From a virus: a DNA stretch of 64,000 bases. The notes beneath the pieces are model-generated. The model did no database searches. It had not been told where the DNA came from and saw only the letters and a program-made list of their open reading frames with translations. How positions within the stretch are numbered: position 1 is the first letter of the stretch; every line of letters begins with the position of its first letter. This document shows, one piece after another, positions 19,301 through 31,300 of this stretch. The translations under genes and the position numbers were made by a program. The stretch covers positions 32,001-96,000 of IMG/VR virus record IMGVR_UViG_3300021090_000723, one strand, 5' to 3'.

Positions 19301-22300
19301 TGCCGGTGTCGATCTTGGTGGTCCCGACCTTCGCGTCCCACTTCTTGGCGTACCGGTTCAGGAACTGGGGCACGATCCTGTCGTAGAAGCCCTTCATGCC
19401 CTCGCCGCCGACGGTCAGGTCGAGGCCGGAGATTTCACGCACGCGCACACCAAGTCCGGCTGACCGCCCCTCTACTGGTGTTACAGCCAACAGCTTATCG
19501 GCAAGCTCCGCTCCGACCAGTTCCGCCAAGTCATCGCGCGACTCGATCTGACGATTGATGGCCTCCTCATTGCGCTTCCCGTAGGCAATGAGGTGCCCAC
19601 GTTCGAATGGCCCGTCCATCCGCGGGCGCCCAATCCCGCCGCTGACGTTGTCTGTCAGCCGGAGGCTGTTGACGTGCTTGGCAAGATTGTACCGCTCAGC
19701 CTGCTGCGCACCGGTCGTCCAGGCGAGGCGGTCGTAGCCGTTCTCGGCGGCGTAGCGCAGCATCCGCTTGAGGGCGATCTCGTGCCAGGTCGACTTGAAC
19801 GGCGCGTCCGGGACGCCGGTGCGCTTCTCGATCGCCTCGCCTTCCTTGATCGTCCAATTCGTCGTGTCCATCGGCGCTTGATCGTCACGATTCCACGCCG
19901 GCCGCCGCCCATGCTTATCGCGGATGAATTCCTGCGCCTGGTCCAGCGTCGGTCGAGTGCCTACCAGTTCGCCTTGATCGTCGAAGATTGAAAAGACCGG
20001 CGAACGGGTTTCCTTGACGCTATAGCCCTGGCGTCTGCCCTTCTGATGCCAATCGCTCTGGATCTCCTCGATGAAGAGCACCCTCTTGCCGTCGGCGTCT
20101 GCGCGATCCTTGAAGCGCACATGGGCCAGGATATTCGCCTCATCGAAGTGACCTGAGCGGAACTGGCCGCTGAGCGCATCGATCGCGAGGCTCCTGTCGC
20201 CGGGATACCGGCGCCGCATGACATCGATCCAATGCGCGTCGTTTGGGCCCTCGTATTTTTTCGTGACGCTATTGAGCACGATCGGGTCATCCCAGGTCCC
20301 AACCTTATGGTCGCCGTAGAAGACCGTGACGTCGCCCTGGGTGGTCGACCGACGATTGCGCTCGATGCGGACCTTGGCCGGGTCGAAGGGCACGCCGATC
20401 TGCGGCAGCGTCAGCAGCAGTTCGCGGTAGTTCTCGCCGCCAGGGAGGGTTTGGGACTCAAACTTGGTGGCGCCGCCCTCGGCGACGATCCCGGCATCAC
20501 GATGGATCGCTTCACGCGCTTCGATGAAGTCCCCGAAGTCGCCCAACTCTCGACCAGCCCGGATGGCATTTACGCGAGTAACCACTCCGCGCTGGTCGTA
20601 ATGGAACGTGACGCTAGCATCGTCAGCGTCAAAGGCCATTTCCGAATAATACCGTTGACCCTCAGGTTGGATGGTCCTTTCTTCATCGGGGAGCCAATCC
20701 TCGATATTCTCCGGATAGGGTCCCTCATCGTCGCCAGGCGCGCGGCCCTTCTCGACCTCCTCGATCTGGACGTTGTTCTCGCGGATGAAGTCGAGCAGCG
20801 CCTGCTTCGTGACCGGTCCCTGCTGGGACTCGAGCCATTCGTTCACGCCGGTCCACTCGGTCTCGTCCTTCGTGATGCCGCGCGCGTTCTTGATGAAGGC
20901 CTGCCACTGGATGCCCGACGCCTTCTCCTGCTTGGAGGCCTCGATCGTGCGCGCGAGCGTCGAGAAGAACGGCGCCGGCGGCTGTGGCTTCAGGGCGAAC
21001 TTCGCCTCGGACCTGGTGGGCCCGGCCTTGCCGCGCTTGCCGATCCTGCCGGACTCGATGCGCTTGAAGATGTCCTCTGGCGTCTGGAAGCCGCGGCCGC
21101 GGAAGAAGTTGCGCAGGCCCTCGAAGAAATTGCGCACGCGCTGGAGAACCTTTGTCGCCAGGCCTGCCTTCGCGAATTCGTTGCTAGGCTCATAGTTCTG
21201 CGCCGCGAACGCGATCGTTTCCTCGGTCTGGACGTCGGGCTTGTAGTATTTGCCGACGATATCGAACGTCCGTTTCCACTTGTCTTTTGCGGCCGCTTCG
21301 AGTGTGGCCCACTCTGACTTGGTGAAGAAGCCGAGATTGCGCAGGCCGTGGATGACCTCATGCGTGATGGTGCCGAACGGGTCCTTGGTATCGAGCGCAA
21401 TGGTGATGAGGTTTTTTGTGATGTCGAAGTGGCCGTCGGCCTCGTGGCCCTCAGGGTCCGCAATCGCATCGGCCACGCGCACGGCGAGCGGAAGGTTGCG
21501 ATTGACCAGATAGGCGCGGAGATCGGCGGCCAGCTGCTCGCGCTTCGCCTCGAACTCGGGGCTGAATGTGAAGGTGACGCCGTCGCCGGTCTCGATGACC
21601 GGTGGCGCCTGCGGGAGCCTTAGTCTTTCAAGGCCTCTTCCAACGCCTTCTGGGCGCGCGCCCTCGCCTGCTCCACCTCTGGGCTCGACGGCAAGTCCTT
21701 GGTCCTCGCCAAGAATCTCCGCAATGCCATCGGCGAACTGAGTGGGGGCGGTTCCTCGATCAGATACATTGACGACTCCAATCGCTTTCAGCGGCGAGGC
21801 GATGGCCTCGGCCCCGGCTTGCGCCATCGTATCGAACGTGGCCGCAAGGCTTTCCGGAACAACAACGGATGAACGGTAATCGATGAGGCCGGCGCGCGCT
21901 AGACCCACCGCGAAGTTATGGCTGAAGTTGGCGACGGCGAGGTTGCGATCGAGGCCCCGCTCGCGGATCAGCGAACGGCCGACGCGGCCCTGGGCGTTCT
22001 GCGATTCTTGCAGCATCTTGTTCAGGATGTCGGAGGGGCTGGACCACAGCGTCAGGTCCAGATCGGCGAAGGCCCGGCGCGTCTCGGGGGTGAGACGGGC
22101 GGCGTGCCACTGCCCCTCCGTGGTGTGGGCGATCATCCAGTCCAAGCCAGGGAGATCCAGCAACGTCAGGTCTGCGAAGGACAGGCCGTATGGCATCGTG
22201 TGGTTATGGTGGAACACGATCCGCGCATCTGGCTTGCTGAGCGCATCCTCGATCTTGCCCCGGAGGTTCACATATGTGTCCTTGCCGGAGGTCTCCGCCG

Positions 22301-25300
22301 CGATGACCGTCTGGGTGGCCGGGTCGTAGGCCACGGCCGCTTCGGTCTTGGTGCGCTCACCGAAGGCGCGGAGCCAGTCGCCGATCGCCACGTTCACGGC
22401 TGCTGGCGTCTTGGCCTTCTTCTTCGCGACGAATTTCCCGAGGTCGTCGGCCAGGTCCGAATTGCCCTCCACGATCCGGCGCGCGAGCATGCCCTCGTCC
22501 CTCGGCGGCCGGGCGGGCGGCGCCAAGCCCAGGCCTTCGCCAGGCGCCTCGCTCAGGATGAAGCCGGCGGAGCGGCGCGGCGGGAGGTCCGGCTCGGGCG
22601 CCCCGGCCACGGGCTGGGGATCGGCCTCGATGAGGCCAAGCGCCTGGTCGATCTTGCGCTGACGCTTCAGCGCCGCCTGGTATTGGTCCTCGCGCTCGAA
22701 CGGGACCTTGACCAGTTCCTTGAAGTCCACGAGCTTCTTCTTCGCCGTGTCGATCTTGGCCTGGCGATAGTCGATCTCGCCTGGGCGGCTCTTGAAGAAG
22801 TTCTCGATGCGGCTGATGGCGCCCAACTTGAGCGACTGGAGATCGAGCTCCACCTTGTCGGTCATCTTGCCGTGGATCACGGCCTGCGGCTGGTAGTAGC
22901 CGTCGACCTCAACCGAGATCGGGAAGCCGTACATCTTGCCGATCGGGATGTCCTCGATCTCGGCGTTGCGCTTCCGGCCCTGGGCCTCGTTCTTGGACTT
23001 CTGGAGGTTCCAGGCCTTCTCGATGATGTCGGCCAGCGCCTTGGACGCATCGACGCGCTTCTCATAGACCGTGCCCAGGATGGTGTAGTGCGGCTTGTCC
23101 TTGCGTTCGAGGTAGGCGGCGTGGTCGGCTTTGACCCGCCCGCGCGCCTCTTCCATCCCGGCGATCTCGCCCGGCAGGCGGTGGATCTGCCACTCCATTT
23201 CGTGGATGTTGTCGTAGTGCGCACCGCGCAGGCGCGAGAGACGATCGACGTCCGAGTCCGCCTTCGCCTTGTCCAGGATCAGCGGGTTGCCCGCGGCGAG
23301 GGCCTTGGCCTCGGCGAACGACAGCACCTGCTCATCGATGTCTTCGGCCTCGCGGACCGAGGGATCGCCGCGCTTGATCTGGTTGATGAAGCGGGCCTTG
23401 CGCTCGACGGTCTGCCACATATAGGCGTCGAACGATCCTTCGGTGACGTAGCGGAAGAGGTCGATCTCTTCGTTCGTGTTGCCCTGACGCTCGATGCGGC
23501 CCTCGCGCTGCTCGATGTCCGATGGGCGCCACGAGGGGTCGACGTGGTGGAGCGCCTTCAGGCGGTCCTGCACGTTCGTGCCGATGCCCATCTTCTCGGT
23601 CGAGCCCAGCAGGATGCGCTTGCGGCCGGCGCGCACGTCGGCGAAGAGGTTCGCCTTCTTCTGATCGGTGTTGGCGTCCTGGACGAACGCGACATCGTTC
23701 GCGTTCACGCCCTTCTTGACCAGTTCCTCCTTGATGTCGCGATAGATGCTGTAGGCCACGTTCGACGGGACCGACATATCGCAGAAGATGATCTGGGTGT
23801 GCTTTTCCTTGGCGCCCGCCTTGTAGATGCGCGCCGCGTTGCTCGCGACCTCGGAGGCCTTCCGGACCTTTTCCTTCCTCGCGGCCGGGTCCACCACACG
23901 CAGATCGAGCGATGCCTTGCGGCCGTCGGTCGAGATCAGCAGCATGTTGTCTTCGTCGGGCGTCACCTCGCGCTTGCGGACCGCCTCGGCGCGCTCGCCG
24001 ATCTCCGCGATGTAGGCCTTGAGCGCATCGCTCGCGGGCACGATGATGGTCTTGGGCCCGCCGCCGCTGATCTTCGGGAGCTTCACCTGGCCGGTCGCGA
24101 TCAGGTCGTCCTTGCTCACCAGGTCCGAGAACTGCCGGTACATCGAGATCAGTTCGGGGATGTTGCGGAAGCGCGCGAAGCGGGTCTTCAGCATCGCCTT
24201 TCCGCCCTCGGGCGTGATCTCGGCTTGCGTGACGGTGTCGCCGAAGGTCGAGGCCCAGGCGTCGAAGTGCGAGAGGCCGCGCTCGGCCAGCCCGCGCGGC
24301 TGGAGATAGCGCTGCATCGTGTACATTTCGGCCATCGAGTTCGAGATCGGCGTGCCGGTCATGAACATGAGGCCGCGGCCCGGCGTCATCTTGTCGATGT
24401 ACTTGGTCTTCAAATAGAGATCGAACGCCCGCTGGCTCGACGGCGGGTTCATGTTCGTGATCTTCGTCGCGAATTCCAGGTTCTTGAACAGGTGGGCTTC
24501 ATCGACAAAGATGCCGTCGACCCCCATTTCCTCGAACGACAGGCCCCGGTCCTTGTCCTTGGCCTGCATCAGTTCGCGGAGCTTTTCCTCACGGCGCTTC
24601 TTCGCGGCTTCCAGCTGCTTGACCGTCGGGCTGCGGCCCCCGGTGTCGGTCTCGCGCGCGGCACGGATCAGGTCCGCATATTCGGCGATCTCGTCGCGGA
24701 TATAGTCAGCCTGGAACTTGGCCGACATGCCGACGCGCTCGAAACTGGAGTGCGTCATGATGATCGCGTCCCAGTTTCCGGCCGCCGCACGGGCGACGAA
24801 GCGACGGCGATTGTCGCCAGCGAAGGCGCGCTCGTCCGCCACCAGGATGCTGGCGTTCGGGTACAGCTGCATGAACTCGCGGCTGAACTGCTCCAGCATG
24901 TGGTTCGGGACGGAGAACAGCGGCTTGCTCAGCAGGCCTATGCGCTTGGCCTCCATGGCGGCCGCGATGGCCGTGAACGTCTTGCCGGCGCCCACCAGGT
25001 GGTCGAGCAGCGTGTTGCCCGAGACCAGGTAGCGCCAGACGGCCTTCTTCTGGGTGGAGCGCAGTTCGATCGTGCTGCTGGAGCCAGGAAGCGTCAGGTG
25101 ATCGCCGTTGAAGGTGGCGACCCGGAGGTTGTTGAAGTTGTCGTTGTAGAAGCGGGACAGCCGCGCACCGCGCTCTGGGTCCTTCCAGATCCACTTGGAG
25201 AAGCGCTCCTTGATGTCGTTCTGCTTTTCCTGCGCCACGATGGTGGCGTTCATGTCCGTGTGGGTCTTGCCCTCGGAGTCCTGCCAGGAAATGACGGTCG

Positions 25301-28300
25301 ACTTCTGGTTAAGCGCATCGCGGATGAGGTCGATGCCGCGGCGCGCGATCGACTTGCCCTCGGCGCGCGAGGTCGTCCAGTTGACCGACCAGGTCTGGGT
25401 GTTGGGCGCGGTGCCCTCCTGGGCAATGCGCACGTGCCAGGTCGCTTCCTTCGGCACGTATTCAACGATGGCCTCGGTCTCGAGCAGTTCGGAAATGAAC
25501 CCCTCGACGTCCGAGTTGGGAATCCACGGCGTGCCCATGCGCACCGCGATCTGAGACGGCTTCAGATCGACTGGCTGGACGACTTCGAGCGCCTTGACGT
25601 TCTCGGCCCACTCGGGCTCGCCCTTGGCAGCGTCACGCGCGAAGGCCAACTTTCCGCGCACGTTGCCCGAGAGATAGACCTCGGACGGCTCGTAGGCGCC
25701 GGTCGCCGGGTTCTTGAAGATGCGGCCCTTGAGTTCGTTGAGGAACGTGCTCGGCTGACGGCCCAGGATTTTTGCCATGTAGGGCACGTCGACTATGCCC
25801 TTCATGTTCATGGACGCGATCAGCGCCTCGTCCGGCGTGTTCACGCGGAGGATTTCGCGCGTCGGCTCGACCACGCGATCGGTGAAGATCGGGCCTTTGA
25901 TGCCCTCGTTCTTCTCTTCATCGAAGCGCTCGAGCGCGGAGACCAGCGCCGCGTCCGGATCGTCACGGAACGCCAGCATGTTCGGGTAGCGGCGGTATTC
26001 GCGCACCTCACCGTCCGGCATCGTGCGCCGGCTGATCTGAACCTGGTTGATGTAGCCGAACGCCTTGACGAACTGGGCGTAGAGTTTCCCCAGTTCCTTC
26101 TGCGGCGCGACCCACGGGGCCGTGCCCTTGCCTTCCCACTCGCCGCGCTGCGCGGTCAAGATCTCGCGGGCCTTGTCGCGGAGCCTGATGAGCAGGCGCA
26201 CGCGCCCGGCCTGGCCGTCGGAGAGTTCGACCGGCACGGAGGATTGCAGCACGCGCTGGAACAGCTTGCCGTCACGTTCGAAGAAGGCGTTGTCCTTCAC
26301 CGTGTCGGGCGGCGGCGCCAGGTCATCGTATGTGTCCACGTCCCCGGCCTCGGGATCGAAGCGGAGCGCGGACTTCTCCATCATGGCCTGGACGGCATTG
26401 GCGATCTTCTCGCGCAGGCCCGTTGCCGTTCCGGTAACGGTGTATTCGTCCTCGCGGTACATGCCGCGCGTGACGGCGTTCGTCCCCAGGATCATGTTGG
26501 GGTTGTCTTTGAAATACTGATTGACCGTCGCCGGGCTCGTGCCGACGCGGAACTCCTTGGCCTCCAGCCAATCCGGCTTCCCGGCAGGCTCGCCCTCCTT
26601 CCGCTTACGGATGAACAGGATGTCCGTGACGACTTGGGTCCCGGCGTTCTCCTTGAAGGCGGTGTTGGGGAGACGGATGGCGCCGATCAGGTCGCCGCCG
26701 GCGTCCCGGATCATGGTGCGCGCGGTCTTGTCCTGCGAGTCCATCGTGTAGCGGCTGGTCACGAGCGCAAGCACGCCGCCAGGTTTGACCAGCTTCAGGC
26801 TCTTGAAGATGAAGTAGTTGTGCAGGCTGAGCGGGCGGCCCTTATTGTACATCTTGTCGGCCGGGCGAATGTCGCCGAACGGCACGTTGCCGATGACAAG
26901 GTCCACGCTGTCTTCCGGAAGCGCGGTGTCCTCGAAGCCCTGCACGAAGATGCGCGCCTCGGGGTAGAGCGCTCGCGCGATCTTGCCGGTGACGTCGTCA
27001 AGCTCCACGCCGATGAACTTCGGATCGCTGCCCTTCGGGCGCATGCCCATGAAGTTGCCGATGCCCATGCCGGGTTCGAGCACGTTGCCCGAGCCGGTGA
27101 AGCCGAGTTCGGTCACGCCGTCCCAGATGCCGCGAACCACATCCTGGCTGGTGTAGTGCGCGTTGATGGTGGTCGCGCGAGCCGACGCGAACTGCTCCGG
27201 CGTCAGCATGGCCTTCAGCTGCTCGCGGTAGGGGATCAGGCCGTAGTCGAGCCCGCGGCCCTCATCGAAGATCTTGGCGAGGCCCGTGGCGCCCCAGCCC
27301 ACGTAATGGGCAAGCTGCTCCTGGTCCTCACGGCTGGCGAGTTGCCCGCCCTTCTCCAGGTCGAGAGCGACCCGGATGGCTTCGATGTTCTTGACGATGC
27401 GCTGGGCTGGACTGCCGGTGGCATAATCGGCGTCTTCAGCGATGCGGAAGTTTAGTCCTCGTATCCCCCGCTTGGCCCGATCCCCGAGGCTTCCCTCTCG
27501 CTCATCGGGAGATACTCCCTCAGGGCGTCCGACTCCGCCATCAGGAGGGCGCTCCGCTCCAGCTTGATCCGTCTCTCCAGAGGCTCGTCCTGGCTCACTT
27601 GCGGAAGTTGGCTGTTGACCCAGTTCGCTATCGATTCCGATAGGTCCTGGACCCTCTGCTCCAGCTTCCCCTCCGCCTTCAGGCCCGCGAACTCCTGTGG
27701 TCGGTGCACCCGCAGGTGCCCTTCCACCTTGCTCCGGTAGCTTTCCGGGCTGACCTTTTGCACGTTTTTCCCTTTCGAGCTCGGCCCAGCGCTTCGGAAT
27801 ATCGATCTTTTTGAGCGCTTCTTCAACTGCCTGCTTGGAGTCGGGCAGCGGCGTGTAGGTCTTTTCCTTGAGCGATCCGTCCTCGTTCCACTCCAGCTGG
27901 TCGAGCAGGCCGCGCCACATCAGGGCGAAATTGGCGCGCTCTTCCTCGGCGGGATAGGGCGTGCCGCGATAGCCGGCTTCCTTGGTCGTCTGGCCTTCCG
28001 CCACCCAGCCATTGACCAGGTAGGGCGAGGTCTGCCCCTTGGCGGCCAGTTCATCGTAGATGAAGGACTCGAACGAGCGCGCCCACAGTTCCTCGGGCCG
28101 CACCCAGTATTTGCCAAGCTCTTGGGCGTTGCGCTTGAACTTGGTCGTGAGCTTCGCGCTCCACCCCTCGTTCTGCCAAAGGTGGTCCACGTACTGCTCG
28201 GCGGTCTTGAGCGGGCCCAGGCCTTGCCTGCCCCGGATGTGCGACCGGCCGGTGAGCAGATTGTCGACCATCTTGATCGCACCCTCCACGTCCCAGGTGT

Positions 28301-31300
28301 GGGAGAGCGTGCCGTTGACGCTTGCGAGCAGGGCGCGCGCACTCTGACCGGCGGCCAGCAGCGCCTTCTTCTCGGCCTGGAGCGGCTTGACCTTGTCGGA
28401 CAACTCCATCGAGTTGATCGTGCCCTCGCGGTTCCGCTTCACCAGCGCCTCGATCTCCTTGTCGATCGCCGGGACCCGGACGCCGCCTGCGCGCAGGTTG
28501 AAGTCGAGCGCATGGCCCCATTCGTGCGACAGGGACCCGTCGCCCTTGGTCTTGGTCAGGTTGATGACGTTGGTGTCTGGCTCGTAGTGAGCGGAGCCGA
28601 ACCCAGATCCGCGCGAGCCGAACGCCAGGCCCAGCTTACCGCCGATGGAGATTGCCTTCGCTGGCACACCCATTATCTCGGCGAAGTCCATGAGCGCGTC
28701 GTAGGCGGCGTTGACGTGCGCCTGGCCCTCGCGGCCGGTGACCCAGTTCCCGAACTCGACGCCGCGGAAGCCGAAGGTCTTGCGGAAGTCCTCGGCCTTG
28801 ACGTTCTTGCCCGCCTTCCGGCGCTCGGGCAGGCCCGGGCGCGTGATGTCCTCGATCCGGATGCTCGGCCGCACGAGGGGCGTGGCGCGTGTCGGCATCG
28901 TGTTGTCGTCGCGGAAGTGGGGCAGGCCTTCGTCCAGGCGCCACAGGTTCGGCCACGAATAGTGGTGCAGGTACGGCCGCAACGTCTTCTGCGCCCAGTC
29001 CGTGGCGATGACGCGCGCCGACATGCCTTCCGGGCGCTGGACCTCTTTGACGATCAGGCGCTTGAGCGCGGCGTGGATGTCCTCGACGTTCTTCGCGCCG
29101 GCGAGCGCATCGCCCAGGATCTCCATCGCGCCGATGTATTCGGCGGCGTTCTCCAGGATGGTCTCGCGCTTCTCCTCCCAGCGCTTCTCCAGCGTCTTTC
29201 TGAACGGCGTGCGCCATTTGCCACGGCCGCCGCCCTGGTTCTTACCCTCCTGCTCGGTGAAGGTGACGAACGAGCGGGAGACGAAGTCGGCGAAGACGTG
29301 GGCGCCGGTCGTGGCGTCAGCCGCCAGGCGGGAGCGGAGGTCCCGCGCGTCCAGAGCCTGCTCGAGCATCTTGTCCAGATCCTCGATCTTCTCGACCTTG
29401 GCTTTGGCCTGGGCGCGCTTGCCCGCCATGGCCTCGCCCACGTCCGTCATCTTCGGCATGGGCGCGCGGCGGTCGGTGACCGGCTTCCTTGGTTCTTTGA
29501 CCGGCCTCTTCTCGGGCGCCTCGATTGTTTCACGTGAAACATCAACGGCCTGGGGCAGAATCGCGGTGGTCGTGTCGCCCTCTTCGATCCACCGTTTGAA
29601 GTCGGCCACGTTCATTTCGAGGCCGCCGTTCTTCCGGCGCTGCGGCCCCGAGCCGTCCGAGTACCCGGCGTCATAGACCGCGATGGCCTGCTCCGGGGTG
29701 TCGACCGCGGCGATGGCCTTGTGCTCATCGAACTTGCCGGTCTTCGGATCGTACTGATCGATGACGAAGACCTTGTCGCTCTTCAGGTTCGGTCCGAGGT
29801 AAATGTCCAGCTTTTCCTGCTGGTTAGGCGGGGCGTTCGGCTTCGCATCCGCACCGATCGAGCGCTTGATGTAGCCGTAGTCGGCCAGGATGTTGACGTT
29901 CGTCCAGATCGGCTTGCCGTCCTCGCCCTCGGGCCCAAGGCGATCCGTGCCCTTCGGCGTCTCGATAGTGATGTCCAGGCCGTTCCAGTTCTCGATGTGG
30001 CCCTTGGCGTAATTCCCAGCCTCGCGCTGCGCCTCGGTCGTCTCCTTGGCGACCGCGTCACGCGCCGGCTGGATGTCTTCCTCGGTCTCCGGACGCTTGA
30101 CGGGGTTGGTCTTGGTGCCTTCCGGCGCCCGGGCGACGTGCTTGATCTTCGCAAGCTGCTCTTTGGCGCTGGCGATGAGGCCGAGGGCGTCCCGCTTCGC
30201 AGAGTCGGGCCAGCTGCCCGACATTGCCCGCTCGACATAGCTGGTCACATAGGCCTTGGCTTCGTCCAGCGTGGCGAATTCGTTCGCGTGCGAGCCGCCC
30301 ATGCCGCCCGCTTGGCTGGTGATGTTGTACGAAATGCGCGGGACCGTGTAGCGGGCCTCCTGCGGGTCGTAGACGATCATAAACGCGAGGTTGCTGCTGC
30401 TCTTCTTCGCCTTGGCCGGGAGCAGTTTGCCGGTGTCGAGCACCACTTCGCCGCGCTCCATGACGGCCTCGTGCTCGTCCCGGGCGACCTTCTCGCGCGC
30501 CCTCCGGGCGTCGTGCTCGGCATCCTCGGCGGCGCGCTGGCTTTTGGCTTCCTTGGCGATCGTCGGCCACTTGTACTCAAGGTCGGACTGCTCGGCCTTC
30601 GCCTTCGCGATGTCCACTTTGTAGCGCTCGATCTGGCTCTTCCACGTGTCGAGGTTGATCTTGGATGGCTTCTTCGGTCCCGCCAGGGCCTCGTCCATGC
30701 GCTTCTGCGTCTCGGCCATGTTGTGCTGGTAGGCCGAGAGGTGGAATTCGCGCTGGCGGTAGTCGTCCAGATCCTGCGCCATCGGATGCTCGGGGGCTTC
30801 CGGCTGCTCGCGCTCCACCAGGTAGTCGCCAATGTCCTTGACCAGGTCCGGGAACTTCTTGCCGTACCACTCCAGGCGCAGGCCCTTGGCCGCGGCGCGC
30901 GCGGCGTAGATCGACTTGTCCCAGCCCGGCTCCGGGGTGAAGCGCTCTTCCTGCGCCTCTTCCTCGGCGCGATCGGCCTCCATCTGGACGATCTCGTCCG
31001 TGGTGGGCTCCATCACGTCTTCGCCGGACTTCTCGCCGGGCGCGAGTTCGCGCGCTGGCGGGGTTATGAGACCAGGCAGCGGCTCAACGGGACCTTCGCC
31101 TTCGCGTTGCGCCATGCGCCGGGCTTCATCGGCGCGCTCATCGGCAATGCGCGTTTCCAGCGCCGCGCGCATCAGCCCGGTTTTGGTGTCGTAGTTCCGG
31201 AGGATGTGCTCCTGGAACACATCGGCGGCTTCCACGCCGAACGAGTCGGCATAGGCGCCCCACCAGTTCACGAATTCCTCAGGGGCGGCGGTGAAGGCCT

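Noticed and set aside
31064-31141. Third possible nested +1 ORF (25 aa, MSAPMKPGAWRNAKAKVPLSRCLVS)
   Set aside because: No clear RBS, short and not protein-like
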